Origin: the human T2T-CHM13v2.0 reference genome, Homo sapiens
Strand: one strand, 5' to 3'
Length of the DNA stretch: 64,000 nucleotides
Assembly: GCF_009914755.1 (NCBI RefSeq)
Contig: NC_060928.1
Shown: one piece after another, positions 55,553-64,000 of the stretch
Layout of the letters: each line of letters opens with the position of its first letter
Position numbering within the stretch: position 1 is the first letter of the stretch
The notes under the pieces: generated by a model
Told to the model about the DNA's origin: nothing
Seen by the model: the letters and a program-made list of their open reading frames with translations, nothing else
The model's database searches: none
Made by a program: the position numbers and the translations under genes

Positions 55553-55816
55553 ACAATATGACTATTGCTATTTTGTGATATTATTTGAGATTTCTCTTTT
55601 AATTATTCTTGATATCTTTGGGGCAGAAAAACAATGAATAATAATGTTATGAATATTAAAGCCCCATAAAAAGAAAGGTATTCTGCCTAACAGAAGGAAA
55701 GATTTCAATTAAATGTGGAAAGCCTATCAATGGTGATAAATAGTTTCCTTGGACTGCAGCCACAATTAAAGGACTTGGGTGAGACAGTCATCGGAGTAAC
55801 AGTAATGAAAAACCGA

Positions 55817-56012
55817 GTAACAGTTAACATTTAACACTTTCTATATGTTAGGCAACGTTCTAAGGACCGTAATTACATTTTCTTATGTTTAATAGGTCCT
55901 CTTTTATGGATGACCAAGTTCCTTGCCCAAAATCACATAGGTTATGGGCAGCAGAGTTGAGTCCTCAGTCAAAATTTACCTGACCCCGGAGTCCATGTTT
56001 TGAATCACTAGT
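55817..56012 (-). mobile_element. MIR (decayed)
   Basis: CTATATGTTAGGCAACGTTCTAAG..CTTGCCCAAAATCACATAG..CTGACCCCGGAGTCCATG. Confidence 0.65.
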
Positions 56013-56239
56013 CTGTCCTGCCTCCATGCAGCAGTGTAGAAAGACCATCTTGAGAGCCTCACATCATGGTGGCCTTAATCTGGGGCATGTGGAAGAAAGG
56101 ATGTCCTTGGTCTCTGGTGAATCCCGTAATCTTCTAGAGATATTTTAACAGGAATTATAATTGAATATATTATATAGGCCTCTGTTACTCTTCCAGTTTT
56201 TACGATAATTTCATGATAACTTCCTGGGTGTTAGTAATT

Positions 56240-56400
56240 GTGCAAATTCATATATTATTGCATTTAAGCTGCCTGATGACCCTGGTGAGTAGGGTCATCT
56301 TAGCCCCATTTTATAAATGAGAAAATTGAAACCAGAGAGGATAAATCACGTGCTTAAAATTATGCAGTAAGTGACTTCAAATCTTGTGATCTTTACTGTT
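56240..56400 (-). mobile_element. MIR (decayed)
   Basis: CCCCATTTTATAAATGAGAAAATTGAAACCAGAGAGG core. Confidence 0.75.
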
Positions 56401-56422
56401 CTATAAATAACATCCTACCAAA

Positions 56423-56501
56423 TTAGGTTAAACTGTATGGGATTGCAATTTTGGTGGGTCAAAATGATCCATGATTGGCAATTTCATATTATACAACCTC
56501 A
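56423..56501. mobile_element. MADE2 mariner MITE
   Basis: About 80 bp: TTAGGTTAAACTGTATGGGATTGC..GGTCAAAA..GGCAATTTCATATTATACAACCT, collinear with the palindromic MADE2 consensus. Confidence 0.75.
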
Positions 56502-56749
56502 TTGATGAATGAAAGTGAATTTAATCATTTCTTATTTTCAATTTTCAAATATATTGAAAGTGCACACCTAATATATTCGCAAACATAATGTATAAGAAGA
56601 AAAAGAATCATGAAAATTTGATAGACCCAGTGCATTGATTTGTGTGACAGTATACTGATATTAGTAAGAAAGTGGCCACAAATTATGTTGTAATTCTTTA
56701 TGTCCATACATATTAAATCCCTGGAGTTTCTTTTTTAAAAACCATAATA

Positions 56750-57111
<362 letters not shown>

Positions 57112-57228
57112 TCATTTCTCCTAGTTTGAAGGTTGTCATCAAATACATTTGCTCAAAACCACGTAAGAATTAAAACATGAAAGCTTCCATTCTAATGATG
57201 GCAGTTAAAATCCAACCCATCACCGTAA

Positions 57229-57537
<309 letters not shown>

Positions 57538-57901
57538 TTAAAATATCCAACTGATGGTTTAAAATAATTGTTTCAGTTTACATTGCAAACTCATGCAAAT
57601 GGACACTTATCAAGTTTGACTGTCATACAGTCAAATGATGAAGTCTGCTTACTCTCCTAAGGGGAAGGCAAATCACCTCTGTTTTGGGAAATTCTTTTGC
57701 ATATTGTTTGGCAAGATTGTACTTAAAGCTGAATATTTAATATGCCTCTGTATGTATTGGGTTTTTCAGTTTCCTGGAAAACATTTTACACAGGTCAACC
57801 GTAAGTCTGGCCATATTAAATGAAAAGAAGAACTCAAAATGCATGTGGTTTGGCCCTGAGGAGCATCTTCTGATCTGGTGGCTTGTGAAAAGTCAGCTTT
57901 A

Positions 57902-58264
<363 letters not shown>

Positions 58265-61094
58265 TTACACTGTTCAGGGCTCTGACGGCCGATCTCTTCC
58301 TCACCCTTCACTTCGTCCTACAGTCTCTTCTGGCATCACGCAGCATGCTGCGATTCCAGGTCCAAATGTGGGGGCACTGCTGTGAGTCCGTGGCCCCGTA
58401 GATTGATAGGAAACTGCGCAGAGAAGGTTCATGCTTCTTGCTAGCCACAAAGCAATGAACAGGTAGTAGTATTTTCTTATGGATGGAAAGTTTAGGTAAA
58501 AATTGTAGTCTTATGATTACATTACATGGTATTTTATAATTACCTAAGAACTAGCCCATGTACAGTGTACATTTATGTGTTTACTAAGACCATAGTTTTT
58601 CCCTTTTTTAGTTCCCCTTTAATAACTGGTAATTAATCCTGTGTAATATAAAATAATAATCAACAGCTCTGTGAAGGCCATCATAGAAAGAATATTTTTC
58701 TTCTGGAGAGATTATTGTAAGTGTTATTTAGAAGAAGTCTTAAGCCCCAGCATACGAAACTAAGATATCTACATATCTTTTAGCAGAGTTTTGTTTTACC
58801 CCTTCGCTTAATCAGAAATAATGAAGATTTATGTATGTCAAGTTATTTAAAATTCTCGATGAAAAGCATGGTTGTTCTGTGTGTGTGCTTAAGTACCTTA
58901 GCTCAAATGCAGTTACACTGCTGCAGAAAAATGTTAACATTTTGAAACAGTTCTTGATTTCACTTGTGCTGATTTTATCAAAATAAGGAGGAAAAAGACA
59001 CCGTGCCTTTGTTACATGTGATAAACAAGCGATTTGCTCTTTAGAGGCCCCCTGCTATAAAAGTTAGCCGTTTTTAAGCCTAGAGAATCAGGTGAGTAAT
59101 ATTAGAATATTTGATCTTTTTAAGGATTTGCCTTGACATTTATTTTGTAAAGACCAGAAACTTTATTGAAACTGAGCCTTAGAAGAGTGGCTTTAGCACT
59201 GTGTTGCTGTCCCAAAATGAAGAGATAATCTAGGAATTGGTATAAAGTGGCCACTACCCAAAATCTCGTGGTGGGCCACATGGGAGAACATTCTAGAATA
59301 AAAATACCAGAGCTGAAATCATGATGATGCTGGCAGCCTAACACTTGAAACTATATTAGTTTCCATCCTTTAAATGTAGTCTTGTATAATTAACTAATAC
59401 ATGTTCAGCTGCCTTTCAATATATATACCATCCATTTTCAGAAATCACGATCCTTTATGTAAGTTCTAAATTCAGACATTTGCTAATATTCAGATGTTTA
59501 AATTAATTAGAGGAAGACATCAATAAATATTTTTCAATCTGAAATTTTAAATCCTTTTAAAAAATCCTGGCATTTGATGTCATATAGATCCAATCTACAA
59601 ATAAGACATTTTCAGCGTATCATCAGTCTTCGGCACATATTGTATGCAAATGTCATCCTCTCTTTGAAAATACCTTTTGCATTTTAAGCAAGATCCTATT
59701 TTGACAGTTCTTTATGCTTTTTGGGGAGAGTTCTTGTGGAGAGTTTAAAAAAAAGCATCTTGAGTTTTTGCCTTGGCATATTCATCTCAATTTGATCATT
59801 TCTCTTCTGTCACAGTTAACCCCTCAATCAAAACACCTGGAAGTCCTTGTTAAAGTTCAAGGCTTCCATCAACCTCCATCAGCGATTCCAGGCAGGAGGT
59901 TTACACATGTTAAACCACTAGAATGTAAGTTGTTCTTCAGGATTGCCCCGGGGAGTTTTCTACTGCATTTTTGCCAATTGAATTATGATGTGAGATGGTA
60001 TGAATATTGATCAAATTTCTAAACTGAATTTCCCAATTTTTAGACTGTGGTGTAAACCAACCCGCAGGTTGTCATAACCAATTCAGTATGTTTTTAACAA
60101 TAGTCAGTGAAGCGTGGAGGTCTTCAAAACTCATTGAAATGTAGAAAATTATCTGCACATATGCTATCAACAAATCTCGCTTAACTCCTTCCTGCTCACA
60201 TTCCAAACCAACAGCAAAATTCAGATCCAAGCAAACTGGTCAGTGATTCTGTGTGTGCTTGCATGTGGCCATGTGCCTTTAGCTTCTTGGTTTGTTCTTC
60301 CTTTTTCCAGGCTTATCTGTTTGAAAATATAGGAGGAAATGTGTTAATACACATCGTGAACACAGAGTACAGGAGATGGGATTGTACCTTAGTTAGTAGT
60401 TTATCGTTGCAAAGTGGTTTTCTTTCCTCTGAAGAGAAAACAAGAAATCGTGCATCATCATAAGCTGGCTTTCCATTTCAGGGCCATATTTTACATTTAT
60501 TCAGAACCTCTCTTCTTTCTGCTTTTTCCATTTTTCTGTCTAACTTTTAGTGATTTATTCTTTTTTATTAGTACATTTTAATTTACAGTGGGATGGGAGG
60601 AGGGCCTTCTGCAATTCTTTGTCTGCTCTGGAGAAAGTTCCTGAAATGAAACATGAATTTGAGTTTGCTGCCAGTCACAGTTAGGGGGCCTTCTCTTGTC
60701 CTATCCCGTTGTAAGACAAGCTCGTCCCTAAGAGAGCCTCTGAATCCAGCCATCCTTTGGAGAGAGTCAAGCATGGTTTATCTTCTGGACCTCACCTGAC
60801 TGGTTTTACAAGAACAGTTTGGTCTTGGTCTGCACAAATAGGAAGCAGGTTTTGACATTCTGAGCACTCTCTCCATGCATTCAGCAGCTTGTCAATAAGA
60901 ATGAGAGAAAGAGAAGAAAGAAAAAGAGAGAAGAAACTATGGTAGGGGAAAATGAGGTGGAAAGAATATAATACCTTCCTTACTTTCCTTGTTTTGGTAA
61001 AAACAAGTTAATCATCATTCATATCCCTTCTCTTGCATAAATATGTATCTGTCTACTCCTACCTCATCTGCTGCAGTGAATCACATATTTTCTC

Positions 61095-61205
61095 CTCAGA
61101 ATTGATTTGGGCAAGAAAGACAATGTATACATAAAATCAGTACTGGATTTCATATACAACAAAAATGTTAGAGATTTCAAAATTATATACCACTTTTAAT
61201 AACAT
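61095..61205 (+). mobile_element. ancient L1M ORF2 fragment (tentative)
   Basis: CAATGTATACATAAAATCAGTACTGGATTTCATATAC..ATACCACTTTTAATAACA resembles the L1 segment AATATACAAAAATCAATTGTATTTCTATATAC..ATACCATTTACAATAGCA. Confidence 0.45.
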
Positions 61206-61329
61206 TTTTTTTTTATGAGGGGGTTTCTACCATTTGCTAAAAGTGACAAGAACCATTCGGCCTATGCTGGCATAGAAAGCAGCAGGGAAATCAGTTGATA
61301 ATAATATGAATAAATGTATTTGGTTGATT

Positions 61330-61500
61330 ACATGCTTACACCTTACAGTTTATAACATGTTTTAACACACCTAATGTGACCTCATTTGCTCCTAAAAATG
61401 AAAAGCCCTTTGAAGAAAACAGTGTTATCTCCTTTATATAAATGAGAAAACTGAGGCTCAGAGACATTAAGTGCCATGATTAAATCTTCATAGTTGATCT
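61330..61500 (-). mobile_element. MIR
   Basis: TTATCTCCTTTATATAAATGAGAAAACTGAGGCTCAGAGACATTAAGTG core. Confidence 0.85.
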
Positions 61501-62504
61501 TTGCACTAGATGTTTCTGTAATATTGAGTATGTGTGTTTGGGCATTTGCGTGTATGAATATAATCATAGAACACTGCTGCAAATGGAGATAGATTGGCAA
61601 AAAAAAAAAAAAAAAAAAGGAATGGAATTGACTGGTAAATTATTAGTACTTCTATCTACCACTTGGCAGCTAAAGGATTGCCCTCCGTGTGTGACTAAAA
61701 GCAGTGGCCTGTCCAGCAGATAGTTTCAGTCCAATTAAAGTGATCTGTTGTGACTGTATTTGACCAGAGGCAATGGAAGAAAGATGGTGAAAACGTCCTT
61801 CCAAGATTATCCTCTTTCAGAATCCAAAACTTGAATTTCTGAAAAATGATTATGGTGTGGCTTATTTTATGTACCCCACAATATATATTATCGAATCATA
61901 AATCAAACTGCTTTCTAAAAGATTTTAAGTATCTTCGGATAAATTTCCTTAATATTTTAATTGAAAAATGAGGCAATCATTTCTCAAGATTTTTATTTCT
62001 GATGGGCACATGAGGTCCTTTAATTAGTGTATCCGTTCTTATTCTTGCTGAACAGTCTCCTGAATAAGAATAAAAGTGACAAAATTAGACAACGTATGGA
62101 AAAGGAAATCCTGGCTTTGCTAATTTTACCAGGGAGAGTAGCTAGGCCCTATATTTCTGGCTGGAATTCTCAAATGGGAGAAAATTCTTTTCCTGGCATG
62201 TATTGGGTAACAGTTGTTTGTGTACCTTGTAGCCTAGCCGACTCTGTCAAAGGTAATCCTCCCAGTGCAATAATCCTCTGCTTTCAAAGGCGAAAATTGT
62301 GTAAATTGAATTTTACAGAAATCTTTCTTAAATTTCAAAATTATTGTTATTTAAAACGTATATTTAACTTATTTTTGCATTGCAAAATTGGACATAAAAA
62401 CAAACCACAGTCTGGCCCCAGGTGAGGTAGGGAGAGGATTGTTAGGGGAAGTGTGCACAGCCCATAATAGGCCCTGTCATGCCAAGCTTAGTTATTTCTG
62501 CAGT

Positions 62505-63055
<551 letters not shown>

Positions 63056-64000
63056 TTTGGGTCTCAGGATATATCTAGCAGTTAAGTTTCACAGTCATCC
63101 CTGAGAAGAGATCTTATCAGGATTCATCTAAACATGGAAAATATCAATGACCTAGAGAGATGAGTTGGAGCCTGGTCTCTGGATGCTGGGATGTTAGCTG
63201 GAGGCCTGGGGCCCTTGGGGATTTTGCTTTCAAACTGAAGTGGCCCCGATGTTTGCACAGTCCGATGGGCAAAACAGAGCCTATTACCTGGCACCTGATC
63301 TTTTCAGTGGTGAATTCTGTGGTACATAGGAAACTGGGGTTGTGGCATGTGGAATGGTTAGGACCTCTCAGAGCTGGAACCATGGGGAAGTGACTGACGA
63401 CAGCGGGAGATGAACACAAAATGATCTGAGGCCCACGGGAGGAGCCTTGAGGTTCGTTGAGGGAAAGAGGAACTGCAGATAATGGTGAGATTTCAAAGGG
63501 CCAACCAGGGACACGGGAGATGTCTCCAAAATCAAGGAAGAGTTGCTTGGAGCCCAAAGGAAAAAGCTTCAAGAGTCAGGGAAGAAAGTGGCTTTCTTAT
63601 CTAAGATAGCCTGGAGTCTGACAAAGCAGTGGGCCATGCCTGGAGTGAAGGTTAGACCGGGGTCTCACGGGGCTCAGAATTTGATCCAATCTAGCAGCAG
63701 TGGCAGCTTTTTAATCCAACATCATACCCTTAAGCAGCTCAGCTCAGCAACAGGCACCTTTTAATGGAGACCTTGAAATATCATCCAAGTAAGGAACCAT
63801 CGGGAAATACAGACCAAGGGCAATTACCCTGAGTATTTTATAATATAGCTAGAACGTTGATCACTGTTCCTTGTTTGTGAGTTTTCTTATTCCATCCATT
63901 TCCTTGTTGGAGATTTTAATCTGTAAATGAAAAAGGCCTGCGTGCCTATTTTCAGGCACAGCAAAGACCGAAAAGCTGGGTGGGGTGTCCTACTCCTTAG

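Noticed and set aside
57635-57732. ATGATGA...CTGA as a C/D box snoRNA
   Set aside because: No terminal stem and no recognisable rRNA antisense element.

Overview
This is primate (almost certainly human) euchromatic non-coding DNA, most likely intronic. The recognisable content is interspersed repeats. These are 24 Alu/FLAM copies (J, S and one Y type, many with clear target-site duplications), several MIR and L2 relics, two faint L1M relics, one MaLR (MST-type) solo LTR, hAT MITEs (MER5B, MER94, MER58B, a second MER58-family copy, MER112-like), one mariner MITE (MADE2) and microsatellites. I recognise no protein-coding gene, pseudogene, structural RNA gene, CRISPR array or prokaryotic system. 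The supplied ORFs are short and are explained by Alu/L2/LTR read-through or chance. I could not name the host gene. The items worth a second look are modest: candidate spliced exon chains on both strands, a well-formed + strand poly(A) site, CpG-retaining enhancer-like islets, closely spaced inverted Alu pairs, a long pure (AT)26 tract and a fold-back quasi-palindrome. I found no previously undescribed biological system that the sequence supports. All family assignments were made by eye from remembered consensus sequences; no database search was run.
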